Shown here in pieces: positions 9,287 to 19,094 of a stretch of DNA of 64,000 bases (position 1 is the stretch's first letter; every line of letters begins with the position of its first letter). Origin of the DNA: a virus. Below the pieces are notes generated by a model. The model had not been told where the DNA came from. It saw nothing but the letters and a program-made list of their open reading frames with translations, and did not search any database. The position numbers and the translations under genes are program-made. Location: the IMG/VR virus record IMGVR_UViG_3300036832_000855, positions 58,420-122,419 of that record; one strand, given 5' to 3'.

Positions 9287-10104
9287 TTCTTCCTCGGGAC
9301 GACCATCGTCACGTTTGGTTTGCCGCTCGACAGCCGGTGCGGATACCAGCGGCTGAAGATGTACGACGTCGAGCCGCCACCCTTCAGGTGGTTCGCCGTG
9401 GCGATCTGCCGCCACTTCGACGCGTCGCCGTAGTAGAAGTGCGCGAGGTCGGCCAGGGTCGAGGCCGCCTTCGCGTGCGGGATGTTGCGGTTGGTCGCGG
9501 TGTCGTAGGCGATGTAGTGGCCTCCGATGGAGCGGAAGCGCACGTGCGCCGGAAGCCTGAGCGTGCCGCGCGACGGCACCGTTTGGCCACGCGGGTCGCG
9601 CCACTCCTGGAAACTGACGCCCTGGAAGTAGATCGTGTCGCCCTCGCCGTGCTTGTACACCTCGTTGAAAGCGGTCAGCACTGCGAACGTCCGGCGGATC
9701 GTGGTCGAGTGCTTGAAGTGCGCGGCGAACTTGAACGGCGACCCGGCGTCGAACAGCGCCCAGAGCTGGTCGCGATACCACTCGGGTCGCTGGTACTGGC
9801 TGCCGGACGACTCGCGCGTCGGGTAGGGCACCCAGGCGGGCCGGTGGTTGCCGTACCCGTCGTCGCCGAGGTACATCGCCATCGTGTCGAACGCCCACGT
9901 GTCGAGCTGGCGCGAGCCACGCCGGACGAACTGATCGTCGTCGATCGTGTCGTACGTGCCGAAGTTGAACGCGTGCACGATCGAGAACTCCTCCAGCGGC
10001 GAGCACTGGAACACGAACGGGACCGGCAGCAGCGGTCGCCCGTTCTTGTCGACCGTCAGCCCGTTCCCGATCCCGGAGATCGTGAGCTTCACCCCGTCGC
10101 TCAA
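9283..10104 (-). CDS. Tail tube initiator/LysM protein (XkdP-like)
   Basis: C-terminal TLADLAHFYYGDASKWRQIATAN LysM-like motif; lies right after the tape measure gene. Confidence 0.75.
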   Translation of the reverse strand: MSDGVKLTISGIGNGLTVDKNGRPLLPVPFVFQCSPLEEFSIVHAFNFGTYDTIDDDQFVRRGSRQLDTWAFDTMAMYLGDDGYGNHRPAWVPYPTRESSGSQYQRPEWYRDQLWALFDAGSPFKFAAHFKHSTTIRRTFAVLTAFNEVYKHGEGDTIYFQGVSFQEWRDPRGQTVPSRGTLRLPAHVRFRSIGGHYIAYDTATNRNIPHAKAASTLADLAHFYYGDASKWRQIATANHLKGGGSTSYIFSRWYPHRLSSGKPNVTMVVPRKK

Positions 10105-13100
10105 AGCTGCGCCTCCAACGACTTGGCGAGCGCCGCCAGCTCCTCGTCAACGATCTTCTGGATGTCGCCCTTGCGGTGCACCTCGACCTTGTGGATCTCG
10201 ATGTGCACGGGGCTGCCGACCCGACCCTGGCCCGCGGGCGACACCGTGACCCGCTCGCCGCCGGGCCGGTCGCCGACGCCGATGATCTGTGGGCGCCGGG
10301 CGATGAAGTCGCCGCCCTCCGCGAACCACGGCACCCTGCCGCCCAGGGCGTGACCCTTCGCGAACTGCTTGCCGATCGCCGCCTGGTTGGCCTGGATACC
10401 CATCGCCTCCGCCTGCGTTGGCTGGTAGCCAGGCTTGCCGACGCCCGGGTTCACGCGGAGCAGGAGGTTCTTCTTTGACTTCGCCACGCTCGTGTTGTCG
10501 ACAACGCCGCCGAGCGCGAAGCCGTGCGGGTGACGGTACTGGTCGAACTTCTGCGACCAGCCCGAGTCGCGATGCGGGCCGCCGTCACCGCCGCCCGACT
10601 CGAAGTACTGCCCCATGATCTCCATCATCGTGTGCGCCTGCTGCCCCGAGCTGCCCCAGGTGCCGATGGTGATGTACTGGCCCGGCCCTGGGTCGGTGTG
10701 CTGGTTGATCGGCTGCGCGGCCGTGTAGTACGCCCACTTCGGCCAGATGCCCGCTGCGTCCATGATCGTGCTCACGTACGACGAGCAGTCGTACGAGCCG
10801 AGTCCCCATCCGGCGCCCTGGTGACCGTACGGCGGGTGACGCGTCGCCAGCTCGTTCGCGAACTGCAACGCCGCCTGGACCTTCGGGGGAGTAGGACCAC
10901 CGGTCGGCGTGAACGAGGGGCCCGGACCGCCGCCGCCACCGATCATCGCGGGCTGCGCCGCCTGGACCGCCTGATTGGCAGCGTTGACGATCTGGGTGAT
11001 CGCTGCTTGGCCGATCGCAGTGATCGCGCCCGCCGGACCCGCAACCGTCGGCGTCTTGATCGTCGGGGCGATCCCACCGCCACCCGCGCCGCCAGTGATC
11101 GCGCCACCGAGCTGGCCCGCGAACGCCGCGTTCGCGTACTTGATGCGGTTCGCCAGGGCCGGAATGCCCGCCCGCTCGAACGACTGCTCGAAGATCGTGG
11201 CGGCGGCGCCGGGGGTGGCGGCGCTGTTCATCGACCCGCGGATCCCCATGATCTGCGGAAGCATCTTTGCCCACTGCGCTTGCAGCGTGCCGCCAGTGCC
11301 TGACCCGAAGTTCGAGATCTGCTGCCACATGCCACCGCCGGGCGTGTTCGGGTTCAGCCCCGACTCCTGCATCGCGTTGCCGAGCAGTCCGGCGACAGCG
11401 ATCTTGTTGAACCCGGCGGCCGACGCGAGCGAGTTGACCTCGCCGACCACCCCACCGGTCTGGTAGCCGGGCACTGTCCAGTTGGTCGAGATGCGCCCGC
11501 CGGTCGCCCACCGGGCCGCGTGCGGCGTCGTCTCACCCGCAACCTCCCCGCCGAGCGACGTCCCGCGGGGCAGCATCGAGTTGACGCGCGCCTCGGTGTG
11601 CCGGTTGACGACCAGCTCACCGCCGTCGGCCAATCCCAGCAGACTGCCCCCAGAGCCGTAGAGAGGGATGTGGTCGCCACGCGGCTCCCCAGGTAGGCGC
11701 CCACCCCTCGCCTTGCCTTTCGTGGCCGCAGCGACGCCCGCGGGCGGCTGTACGCCCATCGTCTTGAACGCGCCCGCCATCGCCTTGAGGATCTGGGCGA
11801 TCCCGGTCTGGACGTCGGCGATCACCAGCGTCCAGATCTTCTGGAGGCTGTCCCTGGTGTTCGTGAAGTTCAGCACCATCGCGTCCATCGCCGACTTGCT
11901 CTGCGGCGGCAGGATCTGGTTCATCTGGCTGCCGAGCCAGCTCATGTCGTTCTGGATCGCCTGAACGGCCGTGTGGCTGGCCTTGGAGAACTGGCCCAGC
12001 TCGGTCTCGACGGTGTTCAGCGCGCCGACCATCCCGCTGCGCGGATTGGTCAGCTCGTTCTCGGTGTCCTGGAGCGCCTTGCTCATGCCCGCGAGCGCGT
12101 TCATGATCTGCTGCGACTGCTGCACGAGCTTGGTCATCGCAGCCTGCGTCGCCCGGAGCGTCTGCGTGAAGTTCGCGGCTCCTCGCGCGCCCGTCGGCGC
12201 CGCAGAGCCCAGGCCGGTGGGCACCGGCGTGCCCGTCTGCATCCCGTACTCGGGCAGCATGTGGTTCGGCGTCACCCGTGAGCCTCGGGGCAGGTGCAGG
12301 ATCTCGGGCCCGGCCTCCCCGACGAGCACGTCCGTGGTGTGCGGCACGACGCCGCCGCCCGCGAGCCCGATGCTCGGGAGCGGGACGGAGACCCCGAGGA
12401 TCTTGTGGCTCTTGAACCCGATGTGCGGGATGTGCTTCTTGACGAAGTCGAACGCCGTCGTGAACGGCTTGGTGATCGCGCCGAACAGCCCGCCGAGCCC
12501 CTTTGCGATCGCGCCGGGGATCTGGCTGAAGATGCGGCCGATCCGGCTCGGGAGCGTCGAGACCCAGTCCCACGCCGACTTGAATGCGCCCACCACCCAC
12601 TTGGCGGCATCGCTGACGATCCTCTTGATCGTCCCGAAGTGCTTGATGAACTGGGCGATGATGAACGGGAGCGGACCGGCCAGGGCGGCGAACAGGTCCC
12701 AGTGCTTCTTGATGAAGTTGAACGCGTTCACAGCCGCGCCCGTGATCCACTTCCACGCCGCCCTGAACGGACTGATAATCGCTTTCCCGACCCCGGCGAA
12801 CCACGTTCCCGCTGCGCTAAAGGCCGTCTTGATGGCCTTCCAAGAATCGCTCGCAAGCTTTCCAAGCTTCTTCGGGTTCAGGCCGAGCGCCTTCGCGCCA
12901 CCCCAGGCGGCACCGAGCCCTGCGCCTACCGCAGCGCCCTCCGGGCCGAGGATCGCGCCCATGCCCGCGCCGGACAGCGCCGAGCTGGCGATCCCGCCGA
13001 AGGTGGACCTCGTGAACCCCTTCGGGAGAACGCTCTGCAACAGCGGGAGGCCCAGCGCAGCGACCCCGCCGAAGCGCCCAAAGTGCCCGCCGACCTTTGC

Positions 13101-14981
13101 GAGCCTGCCGATCTCCCCCTCGACGCCGCCGCCGCCCTTGAAGAGCCCCGAGAGCCCGAGCTTCCCGCCGATCTTCCCGAAGAAGCCGCCGACCTTGCCC
13201 AGCAGACCGCCCCTCCCTCCTGCCGCCGCTGCCAAGCCCGCCTCCTCCAACGGGAGCGCCAACTGCTCGCCCTCCGCCGCGACCCGGCCGATCCCAACCC
13301 TCCTGAGACCCCTTGCGATCCCCCCTCGAATTCCGCCCTTCTCCTCCCACGCCGACAGGCGACGGCTCAGTCGCCCGCCACCACCGCCGCTATCCAGCGT
13401 GTCCGTGCCGTTGCTCCCGACGGTCCGAACGAACAGCGGGTCCATCGGGCTGTCGCCCTTCTCCTTGAACTTGCCGAACGCCTTGCCGATCGCCTTGACC
13501 GGACCGGCCGCCCCGGAGATCATCTTCCCGCCGATGAAGGCCAGCGAGAGCGCCGTGATCGCCGCGGGCGGGAAGTGCTTCAAGACGAACTGGGTGGCGG
13601 CCCCGAGCGGCTTGAAGACCTGGTAGATCTGCATCAGCGACGTCGCGACGCTCTTGAGAACAGGCCAGAGCTGCGCCGCCTGGTCCATTGTCCGCTTGAA
13701 CCAGTCCTGGATCCCCTTCGTACCGCCCGGCTTCGCCAGCATGTTGGCGACCTTGGTGACGTAGTCCGCCCACTTCGTGACCGCGCCGGTGCCGGTCTTC
13801 ATCCCGGCGCCGATCACGTCGCCGATAATCCGCGCGATCCCGCCCAGGAGCTTCGCCCACTCCTTGAACGCGTTGGTCATGTTGGTGATCGTGTTCCGTC
13901 CGCGCGTCGACCCCGTCCACGCCTCGAACGCCTTGGCGATCTTCTCGAACCCGCCACCCGCCTTGTCCAGGGTCGGCGCGATGACCTTGAGGATGTTGCC
14001 GAGGCCCTTGAGGAGATCCACGACGCCGCCGATGGCGCCGCCGATGTCTGCGCGGAAGATGCTGCCGAACCCGCCGATCAGGGGCTTGAGCGCGCTGACC
14101 AACGGCCCCATGTGCGTCCGGATCGCCTTCTCGACCGCGGCCATGTTCTTGTCGACTTCCTTCGCAAGCCACGCGGTGTTCTTGACCAGGAGCGCGACCC
14201 CCTCGTTCGCGAGCTTGAGGAAGCTCGCCTTGCCCGGCGCCGTCGCCTTGTCCCACTCCTTCTTGAACTTCGCGATGTTGGCCGCGAGCCCGGCCACGCC
14301 CGGGTTGGCCTTCGCGAGCTGATCAACCTGGCGCTGGGCCGTCTTGATCTGCCCCGGCTTCCCCGAGGCGATGGCCTTGTTCAGATTGGTGACGGCCTTC
14401 TGGTAGTTGGTGAGCTGCGTGATCGCTGGCTTGGCAAGAACCGCCACCGAGCCGAGCCCGACCCCGAACGCACCCACCAGACCGCCGCCAAGCAGCGCAC
14501 CACCGCCCACCGCCCCGATCAGGGACGAGCTGACTGCGCCTATCGCCCCGGCTAACTGGATGATGATCGGGATCGCCGAGACGATCAGCGTCCCCATCAT
14601 CGGGAGCGCTGTCGCGAAACCCTTCACCGCACCGCCCAGACCACCGAAGGCCTGGGCTGCACCCTGAACCGCCGGGTGCAGGTTCACGAACGATCGGGTT
14701 GCGTTCTCGATGTGCGCCTTGATGTTCTTGAGCCTGAGCGCCGACCGGTCCAGCTCCCGCCCGAAGACCTCAAGCGTCAGCTTTCCCTTCTGGGTCTCCC
14801 CACGCCAGCTCTTGGCGGACCTCTCGGCCTTGCCGAACCCGTCGCTGAGCATCGAGAGCTGCTTGTTGTTGCCCATCGACCCCAGCGCCTTGTCCGCCAT
14901 GACCGCGTTGCGCTGAATGGTGCGCAGCGGTCCGCTGGCCCGGTCGATCAGGTTGAAGACGGCTTCGAGGGTTACGGCCAT
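10101..14981 (-). CDS. Tape measure protein with tail-lysozyme and NlpC/P60 domains
   Basis: 1626 aa, Ala/Gly-rich helical; AGLLGNAMQESGLNP...FEQSFERAG (phage lysozyme 2-like) and YDCSSYVS...AHT (NlpC/P60 Cys-His); follows the tail chaperone. Confidence 0.92.
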   Translation of the reverse strand: MAVTLEAVFNLIDRASGPLRTIQRNAVMADKALGSMGNNKQLSMLSDGFGKAERSAKSWRGETQKGKLTLEVFGRELDRSALRLKNIKAHIENATRSFVNLHPAVQGAAQAFGGLGGAVKGFATALPMMGTLIVSAIPIIIQLAGAIGAVSSSLIGAVGGGALLGGGLVGAFGVGLGSVAVLAKPAITQLTNYQKAVTNLNKAIASGKPGQIKTAQRQVDQLAKANPGVAGLAANIAKFKKEWDKATAPGKASFLKLANEGVALLVKNTAWLAKEVDKNMAAVEKAIRTHMGPLVSALKPLIGGFGSIFRADIGGAIGGVVDLLKGLGNILKVIAPTLDKAGGGFEKIAKAFEAWTGSTRGRNTITNMTNAFKEWAKLLGGIARIIGDVIGAGMKTGTGAVTKWADYVTKVANMLAKPGGTKGIQDWFKRTMDQAAQLWPVLKSVATSLMQIYQVFKPLGAATQFVLKHFPPAAITALSLAFIGGKMISGAAGPVKAIGKAFGKFKEKGDSPMDPLFVRTVGSNGTDTLDSGGGGGRLSRRLSAWEEKGGIRGGIARGLRRVGIGRVAAEGEQLALPLEEAGLAAAAGGRGGLLGKVGGFFGKIGGKLGLSGLFKGGGGVEGEIGRLAKVGGHFGRFGGVAALGLPLLQSVLPKGFTRSTFGGIASSALSGAGMGAILGPEGAAVGAGLGAAWGGAKALGLNPKKLGKLASDSWKAIKTAFSAAGTWFAGVGKAIISPFRAAWKWITGAAVNAFNFIKKHWDLFAALAGPLPFIIAQFIKHFGTIKRIVSDAAKWVVGAFKSAWDWVSTLPSRIGRIFSQIPGAIAKGLGGLFGAITKPFTTAFDFVKKHIPHIGFKSHKILGVSVPLPSIGLAGGGVVPHTTDVLVGEAGPEILHLPRGSRVTPNHMLPEYGMQTGTPVPTGLGSAAPTGARGAANFTQTLRATQAAMTKLVQQSQQIMNALAGMSKALQDTENELTNPRSGMVGALNTVETELGQFSKASHTAVQAIQNDMSWLGSQMNQILPPQSKSAMDAMVLNFTNTRDSLQKIWTLVIADVQTGIAQILKAMAGAFKTMGVQPPAGVAAATKGKARGGRLPGEPRGDHIPLYGSGGSLLGLADGGELVVNRHTEARVNSMLPRGTSLGGEVAGETTPHAARWATGGRISTNWTVPGYQTGGVVGEVNSLASAAGFNKIAVAGLLGNAMQESGLNPNTPGGGMWQQISNFGSGTGGTLQAQWAKMLPQIMGIRGSMNSAATPGAAATIFEQSFERAGIPALANRIKYANAAFAGQLGGAITGGAGGGGIAPTIKTPTVAGPAGAITAIGQAAITQIVNAANQAVQAAQPAMIGGGGGPGPSFTPTGGPTPPKVQAALQFANELATRHPPYGHQGAGWGLGSYDCSSYVSTIMDAAGIWPKWAYYTAAQPINQHTDPGPGQYITIGTWGSSGQQAHTMMEIMGQYFESGGGDGGPHRDSGWSQKFDQYRHPHGFALGGVVDNTSVAKSKKNLLLRVNPGVGKPGYQPTQAEAMGIQANQAAIGKQFAKGHALGGRVPWFAEGGDFIARRPQIIGVGDRPGGERVTVSPAGQGRVGSPVHIEIHKVEVHRKGDIQKIVDEELAALAKSLEAQL

Positions 14982-15245
14982 CTAGCCCCCCATCGCCCGC
15001 GCCACCCGGCGCGACGTCGAGCCGCCAGCGAGCTTCGTGTCCTGGTCGAGCGACGCCATGGCGCACCCGTACATGAAGTGGCGCAGACGGCTCGGGTACA
15101 TGGGCGGGCGCGCGTCCTCGTTCGGGCGCCCGAGCGGCCGGTAGTCCTCGTCGAGCCCGTTGTAGGTCCGGTAAGGGTCCTCACCGCCGTACCTCCAGGC
15201 CAGAGACAGAAGCCGCGCTTCGCCCCCGGCCTTGATCAGTTTTTT
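14982..15245 (-). CDS. Tail assembly chaperone -1 frameshift extension (gpT-like part of G-T)
   Basis: Slippery A AAA AAC at 15245-15239. The -1 frame is open (LIKAGGEARLLSLAWRYGGEDPY...RAMGG) to a TAG abutting the tape-measure ATG. Confidence 0.8.
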   Translation of the reverse strand, partial: KKLIKAGGEARLLSLAWRYGGEDPYRTYNGLDEDYRPLGRPNEDARPPMYPSRLRHFMYGCAMASLDQDTKLAGGSTSRRVARAMGG

Positions 15246-15847
15246 GCGCTCAGGGCGTCCCGTACGTCGTCGTCGTCGAAGCCGGACAGCGCCATGATCT
15301 GCGTCGCGAGCTGGGCGATCAGGCCCGGCTTCTTCGAGAAGCGCTTGAGCAGGATCGCCTCGGCCTGCTTACCCTGCTGCTCCGCCAGCGCCTCGATGTC
15401 GGGCTCGACCGAGCCCGCGACGATCACCTTCAGGTTCCCGAGCTGGTCGACCGCGAGGTCATCCTGGCGGCCGCGGCGACGCATCGCCGACGTCTGGCGC
15501 TGAATCCGGCGCAGCACGTCGCCGTCGATCGGCCGCACGACCCACGAGATCCAGTGCTGCGCGTCACCGATGCCGACGTTGATCTCGACGGTGTGCGTCT
15601 GCTCGCCGTCCTCGTCGGGCTCCTCGGAGAGGAACCACTCCAGCGCCGACGTCGCCTCGGTGTCCGTGACGGGCCGATCGGCCGCCAGCGAGTCGAGAAC
15701 CTCCGGGACCGGCCGATCCTCCTGGGGCCGGTCGTCGCGGCCCCTCAGGGCCGTGGGTGGCGGCAGCGCCTGGGCCTGCTCGCGCTGGTGCCGCGACTGC
15801 GGCGGCTGCTGTACGCGGACATCCTCCGCGACGGGTGCATCTGCCAT
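15236..15847 (-). CDS. Tail assembly chaperone (XkdN-like)
   Basis: Between tube and tape measure; C-terminal PGLIAQLATQIMALSGFDD; AAGGAG ribosome-binding site. Confidence 0.8.
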   Translation of the reverse strand: MADAPVAEDVRVQQPPQSRHQREQAQALPPPTALRGRDDRPQEDRPVPEVLDSLAADRPVTDTEATSALEWFLSEEPDEDGEQTHTVEINVGIGDAQHWISWVVRPIDGDVLRRIQRQTSAMRRRGRQDDLAVDQLGNLKVIVAGSVEPDIEALAEQQGKQAEAILLKRFSKKPGLIAQLATQIMALSGFDDDDVRDALSAKN

Positions 15848-15892
15848 GTGACTGCTCCTTCGGGGCCGGTGGCCTCGCGACGGTTTGACGGA

Positions 15893-16096
15893 TCAGCCAT
15901 GGCGCGTCACCTCGCGGAGTGCTCGTGCAGAGGACTGTCGTTGCGGTGTGGGATCGAAGTCGCGCTCGCCTTCGGGCAGGCGGCATGCGACCTCGACGTG
16001 GGACATCCTTGCCAGGAGATCTCGCTGTCCGTGCGAGTTCTTCAGGACGATGTAGGCCTTCAGCTCCAGCCAGGCCCGCTCGTAGTCGACGATCAC
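15893..16096 (-). CDS. Hypothetical protein
   Basis: 67-aa ORF filling the gap between tube and chaperone. Confidence 0.5.
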   Translation of the reverse strand: MIVDYERAWLELKAYIVLKNSHGQRDLLARMSHVEVACRLPEGERDFDPTPQRQSSARALREVTRHG

Positions 16097-16100
16097 GGGA

Positions 16101-16643
16101 TCAGCTCAGCGAGTCGAGCACCGTGATTGCGGGCTGGCCGGTCACCGGGTTGGTCTGCCCCTGGATGATCTCGTAGGACTCCAGCGGCTTCTCGGTCTCC
16201 CACCCGAAGGTGAACGACCGGTCGAGCACGTCGGTGGTGATGTTGAACCCGAGCGGGAGGTCCCAGATGAGGCAGCCGTTGAACTGCCACACCTCGAAGC
16301 CGAGCGCGTCCGGGTCGTCCAGCCACACCTGCATCGAGAACGCTCGCATCGAGCCCGCGACTGTCCCGCGCGCGGCGCGGCGGTCGGCCAGGCTCTGCGA
16401 CAGGTAGCTGTAGATGTACTTCTCCCAGTGGGAGTCGACCTTCTGGACCGTGAACGTGCCCTCGCGCGTCTCCCGGCCGGGCTTGATGCCCATGCGGGTG
16501 GCGCCCACGAGTGGGATCTCGACCTTGGCGACCGTGATCGTCGCCGTGACGTCGGTGATCTCCGCTCGGATGTGACCGTCCATGATCACGTAGCCGTACA
16601 TTCCGCCGACGCGGTATAGGCCCTCGCTTGATCCGATTGACAT
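16101..16643 (-). CDS. Tail tube protein (XkdM-like)
   Basis: Follows the sheath gene; beta-rich ...REGTFTVQKVDS...LDDPDALG...SFTFGWE; AGGAGG ribosome-binding site. Confidence 0.85.
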   Translation of the reverse strand: MSIGSSEGLYRVGGMYGYVIMDGHIRAEITDVTATITVAKVEIPLVGATRMGIKPGRETREGTFTVQKVDSHWEKYIYSYLSQSLADRRAARGTVAGSMRAFSMQVWLDDPDALGFEVWQFNGCLIWDLPLGFNITTDVLDRSFTFGWETEKPLESYEIIQGQTNPVTGQPAITVLDSLS

Positions 16644-16655
16644 CGCTCACACCTC

Positions 16656-18152
16656 CTAACTGATGTAGACGAGGTTGTAGACCTGCTCGACCGATCGGCC
16701 GAACGCGATGCCGTACACCAGCGCGATGAACTCGTCCTGATCGGTCGGCGGCGGGGTCGGATCGACCCCGACGCTGAAGCCGGACTGGATCACGCCTTGG
16801 TCGGCGCGCGCCTGGATGACCTGGTGCGCGTAGCCGACAACGTACGCGCGCGTCGCGTCATTCACCTGCAGCGAGCCGATGGCGTTCGAGGCCGACCAGT
16901 TAGTGATGTCCAGCTCGATGCCGTGCATGGTCCTGACGAACTTCGGGTTGCGGTAGATCAGGTACGGCTTGTTGACGTCGCCGCCGATGTAGGTGGTGAG
17001 GCCCTTCTCGACGCGTACCGGAGAGTCCGTGTTGGAGTCCTGCCCGAAGCAGACGACGCCGCCGTTGAAGCAGGCTGTGATGTCGGAGTCGGTCGGCATG
17101 ACGCCCGCTACCGTGTCCACCAGCCGCGCAAACGTCAGGCTCATCGACTCGCCGCGCGCGGCCAGGATGCCCGCGATCCGCGGCGCGAGCTGCGACGTGG
17201 ACAGCGTCCCGAACTCGCTGTCGACCAAGGTGCCAACGCCGACATTGACGATGTTCTCGCCCGCAGGCCCCTGCGCCCCGGCCGACAGCGTTGCCGACCG
17301 CGCGACAGCCGTCGCCGCAGTGTCGCTGATGGCTCCGCCGACCACCATCATGAACCGGCGACCGACCAGGTTGGAGGACTGGCACCACGCCTGCAGCGAA
17401 GCGAGCGTCGTGGGGTCGATCATGTCGAACGCGGCGAACAGCGAGAAGCGCGCGGTCGTGACAGCGTTGATCATGTTCTGCCAGTCCGCCTGCACCAGCG
17501 TCGAGCCATCGTTGCCGGTGGTCAGCGGCGTGATCACGTCCGGCGCCACCGTGGTCGGTAGGGCTACGCCGTCGAGCGTGAGCGTGGCCGTCACCCACTG
17601 CGAGCCAGCGTTGATCTGACTGACGAGGCTCAGAATGCTGACCTTGGCGTACGTGTAGGTCTCAGCGAGCTGCCCGCTGACGTAGACCAGGAAGTCGTTC
17701 TTCGTCGCGTCGCTCGCGTTGACGTGGCTCTTGTAGCCGATGTTGTTGCCGAACGAGCCCGGATACTTCGCGGTCAGGGTCAGCGCCGCGGCGGGCGTTA
17801 GGTTCTGGATCGCGATCGTCGCGGCCTTGCCGCTGGCGCCGACGATCCGGTAGACGAGCACCTCTCCAGCCCCGCCTCGACCCTGGAGACCCTCGCCCTT
17901 GAAAGCCTGCTTGACCGCCCGATAACCCGGCGCCGGTAGCCCCCCAATCACAGTGGTCGCACCGAACTGCGCCTGGAAGTCACCCAGCGACATGGTCGGA
18001 GTCACGACCCCGGCCGGACCCCAGTCGTGCGTGATCCCGAGCAGGACAACCGACCCGATGTTCGGGGGAACGACCTGAGTCGGCTGCGCGGCCCAGTCGA
18101 AGTAGGCGCCGGGCCGGATCGGCCGCGCACTCTTTGAGAAGACACCCGGCAT
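16656..18152 (-). CDS. Contractile tail sheath protein
   Basis: RPGAYF N-terminus, LTAKYPGSFGN, RVEKGLTT and KFVRTMHGI sheath motifs. Confidence 0.92.
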   Translation of the reverse strand: MPGVFSKSARPIRPGAYFDWAAQPTQVVPPNIGSVVLLGITHDWGPAGVVTPTMSLGDFQAQFGATTVIGGLPAPGYRAVKQAFKGEGLQGRGGAGEVLVYRIVGASGKAATIAIQNLTPAAALTLTAKYPGSFGNNIGYKSHVNASDATKNDFLVYVSGQLAETYTYAKVSILSLVSQINAGSQWVTATLTLDGVALPTTVAPDVITPLTTGNDGSTLVQADWQNMINAVTTARFSLFAAFDMIDPTTLASLQAWCQSSNLVGRRFMMVVGGAISDTAATAVARSATLSAGAQGPAGENIVNVGVGTLVDSEFGTLSTSQLAPRIAGILAARGESMSLTFARLVDTVAGVMPTDSDITACFNGGVVCFGQDSNTDSPVRVEKGLTTYIGGDVNKPYLIYRNPKFVRTMHGIELDITNWSASNAIGSLQVNDATRAYVVGYAHQVIQARADQGVIQSGFSVGVDPTPPPTDQDEFIALVYGIAFGRSVEQVYNLVYIS

Positions 18153-18155
18153 GTG

Positions 18156-18467
18156 CTATCCCTCCTCGTCGCCTTCGGTCTGGACCGGCTGTTCGAGCCA
18201 CGCGTCGACCTTCGCCTTGGCCTCGGGCGCAGTCATCATCCCGTCCAGGTCGCCGCTCAGCGCACCCATAGCGGTGTGCGACGGAACGCCGAGGAAGTCC
18301 GACGACTCCTCGACCAGTTGGGTGACCGGCACCGCAACGACCTCGGGCTCCTCGGAAGCATTCGCGGTGACCTCTGGACCGACCTCGACCGTCTCGGTCG
18401 TCGTGGCTTCGGGCTCGGCCTCAGCAGCCTTGGCTGCCCTGCTCCCGCGGTGCGATGTTTCCGACAT
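18156..18467 (-). CDS. Small acidic virion-region protein
   Basis: GAGGAG ribosome-binding site, upstream of the sheath gene. Confidence 0.6.
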   Translation of the reverse strand: MSETSHRGSRAAKAAEAEPEATTTETVEVGPEVTANASEEPEVVAVPVTQLVEESSDFLGVPSHTAMGALSGDLDGMMTAPEAKAKVDAWLEQPVQTEGDEEG

Positions 18468-18521
18468 TCGTGCTCCTCTCTGTGAACCCCACAGGCGGGC
18501 TGCGCCGATAGTAAGGCTGGA

Positions 18522-19094
18522 TCAGGACCCGGCCACAGATGAGGTTGAGACGCCGACGCCCGTGAGCACCGGCGCAGCCGGAACCGTGTCGGCCAGCCTG
18601 CGCCAGGTCAGGCGCACGTCACAGACCACGGTCCACAGCGTGTTCTCGTCCGGGTCCGGGAACGGCTGCGTCGAAAGGTCGTTGACGCGCATGAACGCGC
18701 GCGGATACCAGGTGCCCGCGTCCCAGTGCTTGACGTGGTAGTAGTTGTACAGCGGCACGCGCAGCGGGCGTCCATCCTCCACGCCGACGCGGAACGCCTT
18801 GTACAGCGTGTTCTCGACCGACTGGGCGAGCAGCATCGCGTGGTCCGGATCTCGCCCCTGCTCGGGGTAGGCAGCGATCACGAACGGCTGCACCATGTCA
18901 GCCACCCAGCGCCCGCCGGTCAGCGGGTACGTCGTTCCAGCAACCTGCCAGACGCGGGCGAACGGCCGGGCGAACGCACCCTCCTCGCGCGACAGGCGCA
19001 CCTCCCAGTCGTCGCCGAGCGCAACCGCGACGTAGCGCTTGACGCTGCGCAGCGCGTCGATGTGGCTGCGCCCCACGTCCGGATCGGCGCTCAC
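18522..19094 (-). CDS. Tail terminator/tail completion protein
   Basis: Size and position between the HK97 gp10-like gene and the sheath. Confidence 0.6.
   Translation of the reverse strand: MSADPDVGRSHIDALRSVKRYVAVALGDDWEVRLSREEGAFARPFARVWQVAGTTYPLTGGRWVADMVQPFVIAAYPEQGRDPDHAMLLAQSVENTLYKAFRVGVEDGRPLRVPLYNYYHVKHWDAGTWYPRAFMRVNDLSTQPFPDPDENTLWTVVCDVRLTWRRLADTVPAAPVLTGVGVSTSSVAGS

Noticed and set aside
14972-15184. 70-aa ORF from the track as a separate gene
   Set aside because: The adjacent -1 frame reached through the slippery site gives a more protein-like product that ends exactly at the tape-measure start.
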